NCBI GenBank assembly: GCA_047601445.1 | Contig: JASGJH010000001.1 | Location: forward strand, 2,272,001 to 2,336,000 | Direction: 5' to 3' | Source of the DNA: Myxococcales bacterium | GTDB taxonomy: Bacteria > Myxococcota_A > Polyangia > Polyangiales > DASUME01 | Length of the DNA stretch: 64,000 nucleotides | Shown: positions 9,753-19,153 of the stretch, in pieces | How positions within the stretch are numbered: position 1 is the first letter of the stretch | How the letters are laid out: the number at the start of each line of letters is the position of its first letter | Made by a program: the position numbers and the translations under genes | The notes under the pieces: generated by a model | What the model saw: the letters and a program-made list of their open reading frames with translations, nothing else | Told to the model about the DNA's origin: nothing | Databases searched by the model: none

Positions 9753-12700
9753 TCAGAGCGCGCGCAAAACCCACGTCTTGCCGGGTCGCACGGAAACGAA
9801 CCGATAGCTCACGGCGTCGCCGCGCCGGATCGCGAGTTCGTGGATCCCCTCGGAAAGCGGAACTTTTGCGGGCACGGTGCCGACGACGTGCTGATCGACC
9901 GACAGCTCCGCACCTGCGAGCTGCGCGCCCCCTTCCACCACCACCAAGCCCTGAGTCGGGGACGTGACGAGGCCCGGTTCGAGGATGCCGTTGTAGATCT
10001 GGAAGCCGCTGTCCTGGGGGACCACCAAGGCCGCGCTTGCAGATGCCGCCGCGCTGCTAGTGGGCTTGGGTGGCGTAGCTGAGGACGAGGGCGCGCCGGG
10101 CGCTTGCGCGGGCACCCCAGTCCCCGTTGCACTCGAGGGGCCGCCCCCGATGACCTCCACTCGCGTGGATTCTTGCGGCTCGAGCAGGCGCTCTGCAAAG
10201 AACGCCGCGGCGAACAGGGCCAACAACGCGACGGCCCAAGCCGCGAGTGTGGACCGGCTGCGGCGCGCCTCGGCTGCCGCGAGATCGGCTTCGTGTGGGA
10301 TCTCGGTAGGCGGCAAGGCCGCACGTCGATCGGACGAGGCGCCGACCGGACGCGGTTCGGCCGAGCCGCTGGCGCGCGGAGTGCTCGGGGCAGAGGTGCG
10401 CGGGCCGACGGAGACGCGGGCCGCGACGGGAGCCGGCGCGTGAGCTCGCTCGGAGACCACGGGCGCGACCGGCTGCGGCGGCACGCCGGAGTCGCGGCGC
10501 TCGAGCGGGGCCGGCACGGGGGAGGTGCGCAGCAGCTCGGGCTCGGGCTCGAACGCGGGCGCGGGCGTGCTCAGGACGGGGTCGAACACGGGCGGGGGAG
10601 CGGTCCGGGGTGGTTCGGGCGGGGGTTCGCTCGCGAGCTCCCTTGGGTCGGGCTCGCGCTCCACGCCCTCGGGCTCGAGCCCGAGGGTGGGGAGTGCGGG
10701 CGCGGGGGGGATGTGTGGCATGGCCGCGAGCTCGCCGAGCGGCTCGTCGAGCTCGAGCTCCGCCATGCGCGGCGGCGGCATGCTGAACGGAGAGCTCAGC
10801 TCGATGGGCTGCTCCTTGCCGCGTGTGACGCGCGCCTCCGCGAACAGATCTTCGCCCGCGGAGCCGACCACGCCACGGATCGCACCGCGCCTACCCATGT
10901 CGAGCAGGATGGCCTCGAGGGTGGCCTGGGCGAGCTCGCCGCGCTGGGCGACCTTGAGCGGTGGCTCCCCCGCGTGGAGACGCTCGACCACCTGACGCAT
11001 CCCGGCCGGCGACTGATTGAGCAACGCGGGATAGGCGTCTTCATCGAACACGACGCGCGCCACGCGTCCCAGCAGCGGAAACGACAGCGCGTCGAGCTGC
11101 GAGCCGAGCTCGAGAGCGCCACGTGTGAGCACCTGGTCCAGGCTGCCCTCGAAGGTCTGCTTGAGCGTCCCGCGTGCGACGGTAACCGTGTAGCGGCCAG
11201 CCGAGGCGCCGAGCAATTGCGGGAGCGCGGCCTCGCCACGCACGAAGCTGCCATCGCTGGCGGTACGCGTCAGCTGCGCCAGACGTCCTTCGCGCAGCTC
11301 GCACTCGAACAAGTTCCAGGCATCGCGCAGGGTCACGCGGGCATCGGGCCGGGTGCGGCGCACGCTGCGCAACAAGGAAACCACGCCGGTGCCCTCGAGG
11401 TTGCCGCGCACTTCGCTCGGGCCCCCCAGCTGCGCCTCGAGCGTGGCGCGGGCCGCGAGCGCCTCGGTCACCGCGGACAACACCTGCTGCCAGGACGCTT
11501 CCTTCTTGAGATAGCCGCTGGCACCTGCGGACAGATCGCGCAGACGTGTGAGCAGGTCGTCCTTCCAGGAGATGAGAATGACGGGCACGTCGGCCAACAC
11601 CGGATCGCGCTTGAGCTTGCGACACAGGACGAAGCCATCGAGGTCGGGCATCAACACATCGCTGATGACCAGGTCCGGACGCTCGCGGCGCGCGGCCCGC
11701 AGCGCTTCCTCACCGCGGTGCGCGGTGACCACGGTGGCCCCTTGTTCGAGCAGGATGCCCGCAAAGAATTCCACCACGCTGGCGTCGTCGTCCACCACCA
11801 CGATGCGACGTCCCGATAGCTCGCCGTGCGTACCCTGCGCACCGAGTTCGGCCTGTGCTTCGCGCTCGGAGCGAGTTCCGACGGACAGCAGCGCGGGCGT
11901 GTTGCGCGACGGCAGCTCCGTGAAGCGCACGCGGCCTGCACTCTGTTCGGTGACGAAAGCGCGCACGCGCGCGACCGCGGCCCAAGCCGCGGCCAGCACC
12001 TCTGCGCCCTCGCCGAGCGGGACGCGCGTCTCGCGGCCCGCTTCGATGGCATCGACCAAGCCGCGTCGAATTTCCTCGGCGACGCGCTCGGCCACTTCGC
12101 CCACGGTGGCATCGCCAAAGGCCACGAGTCCGCTGGTGGTCTCCACGAGCGTGCCCGTGACGCGCCCCAAGGCGCGCAGGATGCGGCGCGACTCGAACGG
12201 CCGTGAGAGCTTGGCGTCGGCGCCCTCCGTGGCCGCTGGCGATGCCAGCTCGGGCGTGGCCGCTGCGAGCAGCACCACGGGCACGAAATCGGTGAGCGGA
12301 TCGGTGCGCAGACCCTCGAGCAGCTTGCCCGCGCTGGCGAGACCTTCGTCGGCCACGACCACATCCGGAGCACTGTCGCGGGCACTCTCGAGGGCCTGGC
12401 GCGCGGTATCTACGAAGGAAGCTTCGACGCACTCGCTGCGCAGCAGGCCCGTGAGCGTCTTGCGCTCTCCAGGAGACACCAGCACCAAGACCGAGAGCAC
12501 ACGCTGAAGCAGTGGACGCTGCTCACTCGTTGCCAAGGCCGCCACGCCCTCCCCCGCCAGCGCCAAGGCCACCGAGGAACTTCCTGGGGTGGCCGAAGCG
12601 CTGGACGTGGGAGCAGCTGCCGGGACGGCCGATGTCGCCGGAACAGGCGCGAGCTCCTCCACGCGCGCCGGAGGCACGGCACTGGTCAGGGTGGCGCGGA

Positions 12701-13202
12701 GCGAGCGCGGCCGCGACAGCACGAAGTCGTCTTGCGTGGAGGCCGCGCCAGCAGCGGGGGCGGTGCTCACCCCCGACGGCGCGCTGGCCTGACCCGTGCT
12801 CGCCGGAGCAGCCAACGAAGCGCCGTTACGCGGGCTTTCGGCTGTAGTGGAACCCGGAGATGGCTCGATAGGTTCTCCGCGCAACTCGGGAATTCGACGC
12901 ACTAGCTTGGCCAGGACCTCCAGGTCGGGAGCGCTCAGCGGGCGTCCCTCCTCGCGAGCCGCGTCGAGCCGCTCGATGCCTTCCTTGACCGCCTGTGAGA
13001 GGGGCTCATTTCGGAACACCACGGCCGACGCATAGAGGGTATGGAGCCGACGTCGCATGTCCTCCCGGGGCCCCTCGGCCGCCGGCGTCGCCGTCAAAAG
13101 GGCAATCGCCCCCCGCAGTTCGATGGCCTTGCGCGGTAGGCTCTCGATGAATCGGCTCTGCGCCGTGCCGAGTGCCGTGTCCTCGCCTTTGCCCGCAGCC
13201 AT
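9753..13202 (-). CDS. Membrane-anchored multidomain response regulator (Hpt-like, 2x REC, DUF4388-like, Pro-rich linker, TM, PEGA-like)
   Basis: RRRLHTLYASA (Hpt-like); APDVVVAD and IVVVDDD...PDLVISDVLMPDLDG (two receivers); VRGNLEGTGVVSLL; TM LAAWAVALLALFAAAFFA; C-terminal SVDQHVVGTVPAKVPLSEGIHELAIRR. Confidence 0.8.
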   Translation of the reverse strand: MAAGKGEDTALGTAQSRFIESLPRKAIELRGAIALLTATPAAEGPREDMRRRLHTLYASAVVFRNEPLSQAVKEGIERLDAAREEGRPLSAPDLEVLAKLVRRIPELRGEPIEPSPGSTTAESPRNGASLAAPASTGQASAPSGVSTAPAAGAASTQDDFVLSRPRSLRATLTSAVPPARVEELAPVPATSAVPAAAPTSSASATPGSSSVALALAGEGVAALATSEQRPLLQRVLSVLVLVSPGERKTLTGLLRSECVEASFVDTARQALESARDSAPDVVVADEGLASAGKLLEGLRTDPLTDFVPVVLLAAATPELASPAATEGADAKLSRPFESRRILRALGRVTGTLVETTSGLVAFGDATVGEVAERVAEEIRRGLVDAIEAGRETRVPLGEGAEVLAAAWAAVARVRAFVTEQSAGRVRFTELPSRNTPALLSVGTRSEREAQAELGAQGTHGELSGRRIVVVDDDASVVEFFAGILLEQGATVVTAHRGEEALRAARRERPDLVISDVLMPDLDGFVLCRKLKRDPVLADVPVILISWKDDLLTRLRDLSAGASGYLKKEASWQQVLSAVTEALAARATLEAQLGGPSEVRGNLEGTGVVSLLRSVRRTRPDARVTLRDAWNLFECELREGRLAQLTRTASDGSFVRGEAALPQLLGASAGRYTVTVARGTLKQTFEGSLDQVLTRGALELGSQLDALSFPLLGRVARVVFDEDAYPALLNQSPAGMRQVVERLHAGEPPLKVAQRGELAQATLEAILLDMGRRGAIRGVVGSAGEDLFAEARVTRGKEQPIELSSPFSMPPPRMAELELDEPLGELAAMPHIPPAPALPTLGLEPEGVEREPDPRELASEPPPEPPRTAPPPVFDPVLSTPAPAFEPEPELLRTSPVPAPLERRDSGVPPQPVAPVVSERAHAPAPVAARVSVGPRTSAPSTPRASGSAEPRPVGASSDRRAALPPTEIPHEADLAAAEARRSRSTLAAWAVALLALFAAAFFAERLLEPQESTRVEVIGGGPSSATGTGVPAQAPGAPSSSATPPKPTSSAAASASAALVVPQDSGFQIYNGILEPGLVTSPTQGLVVVEGGAQLAGAELSVDQHVVGTVPAKVPLSEGIHELAIRRGDAVSYRFVSVRPGKTWVLRAL

Positions 13203-13255
13203 AGGCGGGGATTGTAGGGTAGCCTCGCGCCACGGGCACGTCACAATACCCGGCC

Positions 13256-14353
13256 ATGCACTTTGTCGACGAAGTCTCAGTCAAGGTCATCGCAGGTAAT
13301 GGCGGTGACGGTGCAAGCGCCTGGCGCCGTGAAAAGTTTATGCCTCTGGGCGGCCCTGCCGGAGGTGACGGCGGCAAGGGCGGCGACGTGGTGTTCGAAG
13401 CCCACGAGCGCTACACGACCCTGCTCGATCTACGTTACCGCCGCGTACTCAAGGCGCAGTCCGGCGAGAACGGCCGTGGCAAGGACATGTACGGCAAGGG
13501 TGGTGAGGACCTCGTGGTCCAAGTTCCCCCTGGCACTCAGGTCTATGACGCGGACACGGGTGAGCTGCTCGCCGATCTGGAACAGAGCGGAACCCGCGTG
13601 GTCATCGCGCGCGGCGGGCGCGGCGGGCGCGGCAACATTCACTTCGTGACGTCGGTCAACCAGTCTCCCAACCGCGCGGAGAAGGGAGACCCCGGTGAGC
13701 AACGCGAGCTCCGCCTGGAGTTGAAGCTGCTCGCAGACGTGGGCCTGCTCGGCTACCCCAACGTCGGCAAGAGCACGTTCATCTCGGCCGTGTCTCGGGC
13801 GCGGCCCAAGATCGCCGACTACCCCTTCACCACCCTGGTGCCGAACCTCGGTGTGGTCTCGCTCGGCGACGACCGCAACTTCGTCATCGCCGACATACCG
13901 GGCATCATCGAAGGAGCCGCACAGGGCCAGGGGCTCGGGCTCCAGTTCTTGCGCCACGTCGAGCGTACGCGCGTGTTGCTCCACATCATCACCTGGGATC
14001 CTGCGCCCGAGCGCGACTTGGTGCGCGACTTCGACGCCTTGATGAAGGAGCTGGCTGCGTTCGATCCAGAGCTCTCCAAACGCCCCATGATCGTGGGCAT
14101 CGGCAAGATGGATCTGGAGGAAACCCGCGAACGCGCCGCCGCGGCCCGTGCAGAGCTCGAAGCCCGCGGCATCGAGGTCTTCGACTTCTCCGCCGCCACC
14201 CACGAGGGCATGGACCGCGTGCTAATCCGGCTCGAGCAGCTCCTGCTCGGGCACCCCACCGGCAGCGTGCAAGCCAAGCGCTTCCTGAGCGCGCGCGAGC
14301 GCCCTTCCCTGCACGGCGACGGCAAGCCCGTACCCGACGCCGAATCGGAGTAG
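13256..14353 (+). CDS. obgE: GTPase ObgE/CgtA
   Basis: MHFVDEV...GGDGGKGGDV Obg fold, GYPNVGKST, DYPFTTLVPNLG and DIPGIIEGA. Confidence 0.97.
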   Translation: MHFVDEVSVKVIAGNGGDGASAWRREKFMPLGGPAGGDGGKGGDVVFEAHERYTTLLDLRYRRVLKAQSGENGRGKDMYGKGGEDLVVQVPPGTQVYDADTGELLADLEQSGTRVVIARGGRGGRGNIHFVTSVNQSPNRAEKGDPGEQRELRLELKLLADVGLLGYPNVGKSTFISAVSRARPKIADYPFTTLVPNLGVVSLGDDRNFVIADIPGIIEGAAQGQGLGLQFLRHVERTRVLLHIITWDPAPERDLVRDFDALMKELAAFDPELSKRPMIVGIGKMDLEETRERAAAARAELEARGIEVFDFSAATHEGMDRVLIRLEQLLLGHPTGSVQAKRFLSARERPSLHGDGKPVPDAESE

Positions 14354-14355
14354 CC

Positions 14356-14480
14356 GCGGAGGTCGCGTGACCTCTCGCGAGAAAACACGAGACCACTACC
14401 TGAGCGAAGCGAACCTCGCGCAGGGGTGGGACCCGACGCTGCGTTGCTGCGACGGGCGCGGAGGTCGCGTGACCTCCCCG
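14356..14480. repeat. REP-like elements: lone hairpin 14356-14377 plus full copy 14401-14480
   Basis: GGAGGTC-GCGT-GACCTC occurs twice. 14401-14480 is the reverse-complement homologue of 1123-1201. Confidence 0.8.
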
Positions 14481-14485
14481 TCTAT

Positions 14486-15517
14486 TCAACGATCGAGCTT
14501 GGTTGCGGCCCAGCGCGCCGTGTCCCGCACCAGTGCGCTCTCGTGATCACGCGCCACCTCACGCAAGAGCGGCAGGTGGCGCTTCTCGCCGCTGTTGCCC
14601 AACACCACGGCTGCGTTACGCGCGAGGCCATCTCGCCCGGGGCGCTTCATCGGAGAGCCCTCCGCGAACACCGCGAAGTCCGCGGCGCTCATGCGCAAGA
14701 TATCGGCTGCCGAGGTCTCTCCGCGCCGTTCGTCGGGCGCAAAGGGCACGGTCTGCTCGGCGGGCGGCGGCGACGTCGCGTTGAACGGACACACGTCCTG
14801 GCAGACGTCGCAGCCGAACAGCCAGTCCCCCATGCGTTCCATCAGCTCGGGCTCGATGGCGCCGCGCTGTTCGATGGTGAGGTAGGAGATGCAGCGACGT
14901 GCGTCGAGCTCGCGGCTGCCCACGAAGGCCCTGGTGGGACAGGCGTCCAGGCACCGCGTGCACTCACCGCAGCGCTCCTTGATGGGAGCATCTTCGGGCA
15001 GCTCCGCGCTCGTGACGATCACCGTGAGGAAGAGGTGCGAGCCCAGGCCCGGCACGATCAGGCAACAGTTCTTGCCGATGAATCCTAGCCCCGCGCGCTG
15101 CGCCCAGGCGCGCTCGAATAGCGGCATGCTGTCCACGCCCACGCGCGCCGTGTGTCCCGCCGCGCGCAGAGTCTGAGCGAGCTTACGCGCGCGCTTGAGC
15201 AACACGTTGTGATAGTCACGGCCGCGTGCGTAGCGCGCCACCTTGCCAGGAGTGGGCCCCCAGCTCTGCGCGGCGCGCGCATAGGAGGTGGCCAGCACGA
15301 TCACGCTGCGGGCACTCGGCAACATGCCCTGGTGCGTCGGATCAGTGCGCACCTCGGCGGTTTCCTCCATGTAGCCCATCACGCCATGACGGCCGGCGCT
15401 CAACCAGGCGCGCAGCCGCTCCGCCTCCACGCCGAGCGGTGCCGCGCGCGCGACGCCCAATCGGTGGAAGCCCAGCTCACGAGCCTGCTCCTCCAGACGC
15501 GACCTCAGCTCGCCCAT
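14486..15517 (-). CDS. queG: tRNA epoxyqueuosine(34) reductase
   Basis: VARYARGRDYH, AGLGFIGKN, CGECTRCLDACPT, LDARRCISYLTIE and FGCDVCQDVCPFN. Confidence 0.95.
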   Translation of the reverse strand: MGELRSRLEEQARELGFHRLGVARAAPLGVEAERLRAWLSAGRHGVMGYMEETAEVRTDPTHQGMLPSARSVIVLATSYARAAQSWGPTPGKVARYARGRDYHNVLLKRARKLAQTLRAAGHTARVGVDSMPLFERAWAQRAGLGFIGKNCCLIVPGLGSHLFLTVIVTSAELPEDAPIKERCGECTRCLDACPTRAFVGSRELDARRCISYLTIEQRGAIEPELMERMGDWLFGCDVCQDVCPFNATSPPPAEQTVPFAPDERRGETSAADILRMSAADFAVFAEGSPMKRPGRDGLARNAAVVLGNSGEKRHLPLLREVARDHESALVRDTARWAATKLDR

Positions 15518-15533
15518 GGCCTCAACTCGCGCT

Positions 15534-17237
15534 TCAACCCGGAGGCGGGCTGCGCTTGCCGCTGGGAGCCGGTGCCATCCGCAGCAGCGTACCGGCGAAC
15601 TTGGGCGCCTGCTCAGGCAGCTTCACGGGCGCGCGGCCGTGCTCCGCATCCCTCGGATCGCCACCGGTCGGGGCCGCCGGACGGTACGGCGACACGTTGT
15701 CTGGACGCGGGTCGTTCGGCGAACGTGGCGGATTCTTCAGGATGTAAGGCTCGGCGTTCCAGGTGCCGCACTGACTCTCGTCGCGGCGCAGGGCCCACAC
15801 GATGTACACGCGTCCGTCGGGCGAGCGGATCTTCTCCGGCGGCACCGGATAGGGCGCGCCGCGCTGCACGGCATTGAAGGCCCCGAAGTCGTACATCATG
15901 TTGCCGCTCGACTTCACCACACCCACACGGTCGAGTGAGCCATCCGAGTTCAACACGATCTCGACCTTGGTCACCAGGCTGGTGTCGGCGAGCTCGCCCA
16001 TGGCGGGCAGGCTGGCCAAGAACTCGTGCGCGAACTCTGCGTGCAAGTTGCGGTGGAACGCCGCGAGGTAAGCCGCGAACGGATCGGCCGCCGCATTGAG
16101 CGCCGTGGTGTTACCGGGCTTGGCGCCCACGATGTAGTTCTCGATGGCGGCGCGGAACTCTTCCCAGCGCTTCTCGCGTCCAGCGCCCCGCCGCTTGGCT
16201 TCCTTGGGCAAGCGATCCTGGGCCAGACGCTCGGCGCCGAAAGTCGCCTCGAAGGCACTCCAGCTGACCTTGATCTTCTGTGCATTGGTGGACGCTGCCT
16301 GCGCGTCCTGTCCCTTGCGCGCTGCCTGCCCGGGGCTCGCAGGCGCGAGCACGAACGTGCCCATCGGGTCGTGCACCACCGTGGGAGCCGGAGCCTCGGG
16401 CTGCGGCGCGATCTCACGCACGGCCGGCCGCGCGGGCTTGGACTCCGAGGGCTGCGGGGTGGGCTGTTGCGGCGGTTGAGCGGGCATCTGAGGCGTTTTC
16501 TCGACCGCCGCGACCTGCTTCTCGTCGTTCTCTTTGTCCGCGCCCTTGTCGGCGCCCTTCTCGTCTTTGTGGGCGTCGCCCGACTCCTCGGGACCCGCCG
16601 CCTGCGGCGCGGCGGCGTTCGGCTCGGGATCGTCGTGGTGCTCGTCGGTGATCGACGCCACGGTCTCTTCTTCCACGCGGCGGCTCTCCTCCGCCAGGTA
16701 CTTGGCGTCGGGCGGCGGCTCCACGTTGGGGTCATCGCTCTTCTGGGTGATGCTCTGCTTGCGCCGATTCTCCGGAGGAGGCGGCGGAGGCTGCTGCTGC
16801 AGGTCGAGCTGAGCCACCGGCTGTTCCGGCTTGGGCTCCTCGGGCTTGGGCTCCTCGGGCCGAGGCTTCTCGGGCTCGGCGAGCTCCTGCTTCTCCTCGG
16901 GCTTGGGCTTGTCCTTGGGCTTGGGCGGCTCGGGCAGGTCCTTGGGCTTCTCGGGCTCGGACACCTCGAAGCTCACCTCGGCCGGCGGCAGCGGGGCATG
17001 CTTGGCCTTCTCGCGCTCGATGCGATCGAAGTAGTCACGCAGGGCTCCCAAGCCGACCCAGGGCGGCATGTGGGCTCCCAACGAGGCCAGCATGGCCAAC
17101 AGCATCAGGAGCGTCTCGGGACGCCGCAGCCGCCCGGGCATACTGCGCGCGAAGTCCACCAGTGCCGCCAGGCCGGATTCCCGTCGACGCGCCACCTTGC
17201 GCCGTTCGTCGTGCTGGGAGTTTCCGGATTCGCGCAC
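15534..17237 (-). CDS. TonB/TolA-family energy transducer (TonB C-terminal domain)
   Basis: N-terminal TM, a long EPKP/Pro-rich spacer and C-terminal VEIVLNSDGSLDRVGVVKSSGNMMYDFGAFNAVQRGAPYP. GTG 17237 chosen as start because GAGGA lies just upstream. Confidence 0.82.
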   Translation of the reverse strand: MRESGNSQHDERRKVARRRESGLAALVDFARSMPGRLRRPETLLMLLAMLASLGAHMPPWVGLGALRDYFDRIEREKAKHAPLPPAEVSFEVSEPEKPKDLPEPPKPKDKPKPEEKQELAEPEKPRPEEPKPEEPKPEQPVAQLDLQQQPPPPPPENRRKQSITQKSDDPNVEPPPDAKYLAEESRRVEEETVASITDEHHDDPEPNAAAPQAAGPEESGDAHKDEKGADKGADKENDEKQVAAVEKTPQMPAQPPQQPTPQPSESKPARPAVREIAPQPEAPAPTVVHDPMGTFVLAPASPGQAARKGQDAQAASTNAQKIKVSWSAFEATFGAERLAQDRLPKEAKRRGAGREKRWEEFRAAIENYIVGAKPGNTTALNAAADPFAAYLAAFHRNLHAEFAHEFLASLPAMGELADTSLVTKVEIVLNSDGSLDRVGVVKSSGNMMYDFGAFNAVQRGAPYPVPPEKIRSPDGRVYIVWALRRDESQCGTWNAEPYILKNPPRSPNDPRPDNVSPYRPAAPTGGDPRDAEHGRAPVKLPEQAPKFAGTLLRMAPAPSGKRSPPPG

Positions 17238-17318
17238 TCGTTTTCCTCGGTATCGATATCGGACGCCAGCAATGGCCAACGTCCTGGGTCGTGGCGCGCC
17301 TTTCGAACGCGCAAATGG

Positions 17319-17966
17319 TTACGGGTCCCCGGAGCCGTCGGGAGGGACCTCACCTAACGGATTTCCTGGAGGGTAGCCTACGCGCAGTTCTATTGCGAAC
17401 CCGTTCAGTGCGAGCTCCAGCTGTTCTTTGCGGCGTTGTTTGGGCACCGTGCGTAATCGCGCGCGCAAGTCCGCAAACTTCCGCGCGAACTCGGCGAATT
17501 GTGCATCGAGCCCGCGGCTCAATTCCTGGCGCAGTCGGCGCGCCAGGAGAGGAGCCTTTCCCGCGGTAGAAATGGCAATTTGCACGGGTCCACGGGTCAA
17601 AGTGGACACCAGAAACAAGTCAGAAAAGGTGGGTTGATCGACGGCACACAACCAGAACGGATAAGTGCGTTTGAGCTCGCGCAAACGGGTCGCAAGAGTC
17701 GTGTCCAGGTCGGTCAACAGCACCAGATGCGCACCCTGTAAATCGCTCGGATGGAACGCCCGTGCGAACCAACGCACGCTGCCGCGAACCGCGTGGGCTT
17801 CGATATCGGGTCCAACCTGGGGCGAGACCACGGTCACGCGCGCGCCGGCCGCGAGCAACCGGGGCAGCTTGTCGCTCGCCTCATCGCCCCCTCCCAACAC
17901 CAGCACGGGCCGTCCTGCCAAAGCCAGCGCTACCGGAAAGGGACTCGCTTCGTCGACCTGGGTCAC
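17319..17966 (-). CDS. Precorrin-2 dehydrogenase/sirohydrochlorin ferrochelatase family (CysG N-terminal/Met8-like)
   Basis: FPVALALAGRPVLVLGGG, LLAAGARVTVVSP, CAVDQP and GPVQIAISTAGKAPLLARRLR. Start inferred at GTG 17966. Confidence 0.85.
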   Translation of the reverse strand: MTQVDEASPFPVALALAGRPVLVLGGGDEASDKLPRLLAAGARVTVVSPQVGPDIEAHAVRGSVRWFARAFHPSDLQGAHLVLLTDLDTTLATRLRELKRTYPFWLCAVDQPTFSDLFLVSTLTRGPVQIAISTAGKAPLLARRLRQELSRGLDAQFAEFARKFADLRARLRTVPKQRRKEQLELALNGFAIELRVGYPPGNPLGEVPPDGSGDP

Positions 17967-17988
17967 CCGAAGACTGTACCGCGTCGCG

Positions 17989-18084
17989 CGGCAACGCGCG
18001 CCCTGGGTGGGCCGGCAACGCGCGCCCTGGGTGGGCCGGCAACGCGCGCCCTGGGTGGGCCGGCAATACGTGCCCCGAGTGGGG
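17989..18084. repeat. 24-bp tandem repeat (3 perfect copies + 1 degenerate)
   Basis: CGGCAACGCGCGCCCTGGGTGGGC at 17989, 18013 and 18037; degenerate CGGCAATACGTGCCCCGAGTGGGG at 18061. Confidence 0.95.
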
Positions 18085-18097
18085 CGGAGTCCCGCGT

Positions 18098-19033
18098 TCA
18101 GCGCCTGGCGGTGCGCAACAGCCAGGCCATCAGTTTGGTCTCGGCGCTGCTGGCGGGCGGAAACCCGAGGTGCCCTCCGGCCACTTGCTGCACGTGCACG
18201 TGGGCCGGCAGCCCGGTGAGGTGGCGAGCGCTGGTGGTGGCGAGCACCATCGGGTCGCTCTTGGCCACCACGAGCCGTGTAGGCAACGTCAAACGCCGCA
18301 AGTGCGGGGCCATTTGAGTGGCCTGCCAGTAGGCCTCCACGCTCTCGAAGCCGAAGCGCGGCACCACCGCCAGCTGATCCCAGGCACGCATGGTGCGCGC
18401 TGCCAGGACCTGTTCGAGCGGCGTGTGCAAGCGGCCCCGAGCATGGGCGCGCGTGTACATGATCTTCAAGCCCCCGAGCAGGTGGTCGCGGTACACGGCG
18501 CGCGCGGGCGCGTCGATATCGAGGCAGCCTTGCTCCAGATCGACCGGAGAGCACAGAGCACCGACGGCCCGAACGCGCTCGTCCGTGGGCGCCAAGCTCC
18601 AGGTCAACGCGATGTGCCCGCCGAGCGAGCACCCCAGCAGCGCGATGCTCTTGAACTCGTCGAGCTGCGGACTGGCCAACATGTGGACGATGTCCGTCAC
18701 CAGCCCCGCGTGATAGATGTCGTCGCCGAGGCGGTCGGCGCCGCGCAGGTTGAGCAACAGCGTGCTCGCGCCCTGACCGCTCGCCAGACGCCCCAACCTG
18801 CCGACGTAGGGGGACGACACCGAGCCTCCGAGACCGTGGATGATCACTACGAGCGGGGCCGCCCGATCACTGCCGCGGTTCAAGACGCCATTGACGTTGA
18901 CGTCACCCACGTCGGAGTCGACGAACGCGACCTCGAAACGCTCGCCAGGCGGAACCGGCGCCGGGCGGAGGCGGGCTTGCACGGCGGGGGCGAGGGTCCA
19001 GAGATGGCCGGAAACAGATTCTAGCCAAGCCAT
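18098..19033 (-). CDS. Alpha/beta hydrolase (YheT-like)
   Basis: SGHLWTL, VIIHGLGGS, NLRG, nucleophile elbow GCSLGG, SDPMV and GGHLGF. Confidence 0.88.
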   Translation of the reverse strand: MAWLESVSGHLWTLAPAVQARLRPAPVPPGERFEVAFVDSDVGDVNVNGVLNRGSDRAAPLVVIIHGLGGSVSSPYVGRLGRLASGQGASTLLLNLRGADRLGDDIYHAGLVTDIVHMLASPQLDEFKSIALLGCSLGGHIALTWSLAPTDERVRAVGALCSPVDLEQGCLDIDAPARAVYRDHLLGGLKIMYTRAHARGRLHTPLEQVLAARTMRAWDQLAVVPRFGFESVEAYWQATQMAPHLRRLTLPTRLVVAKSDPMVLATTSARHLTGLPAHVHVQQVAGGHLGFPPASSAETKLMAWLLRTARR

Positions 19034-19153
19034 GGCGCAACCATAACGCTGCGCGGGCTGCGCGGCAGGTGCTTTTGAGCCCACGGACACGCGCGCTGGG
19101 GACGCCGCTGCTACACTGGCTCTTTCGGGTCTAGGGAACGGAAGGACAAGGGC

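Noticed and set aside
17989..18084. 24-bp repeats as a CRISPR array
   Set aside because: The copies are directly adjacent with no unique spacers, and there are no cas genes in the window.
17967..18632. N-terminal extension of the siroheme-synthase-like ORF containing RCRPTQGA repeats
   Set aside because: It overlaps the alpha/beta hydrolase in another frame; the peptide repeats are simply the translated 24-bp DNA repeat.
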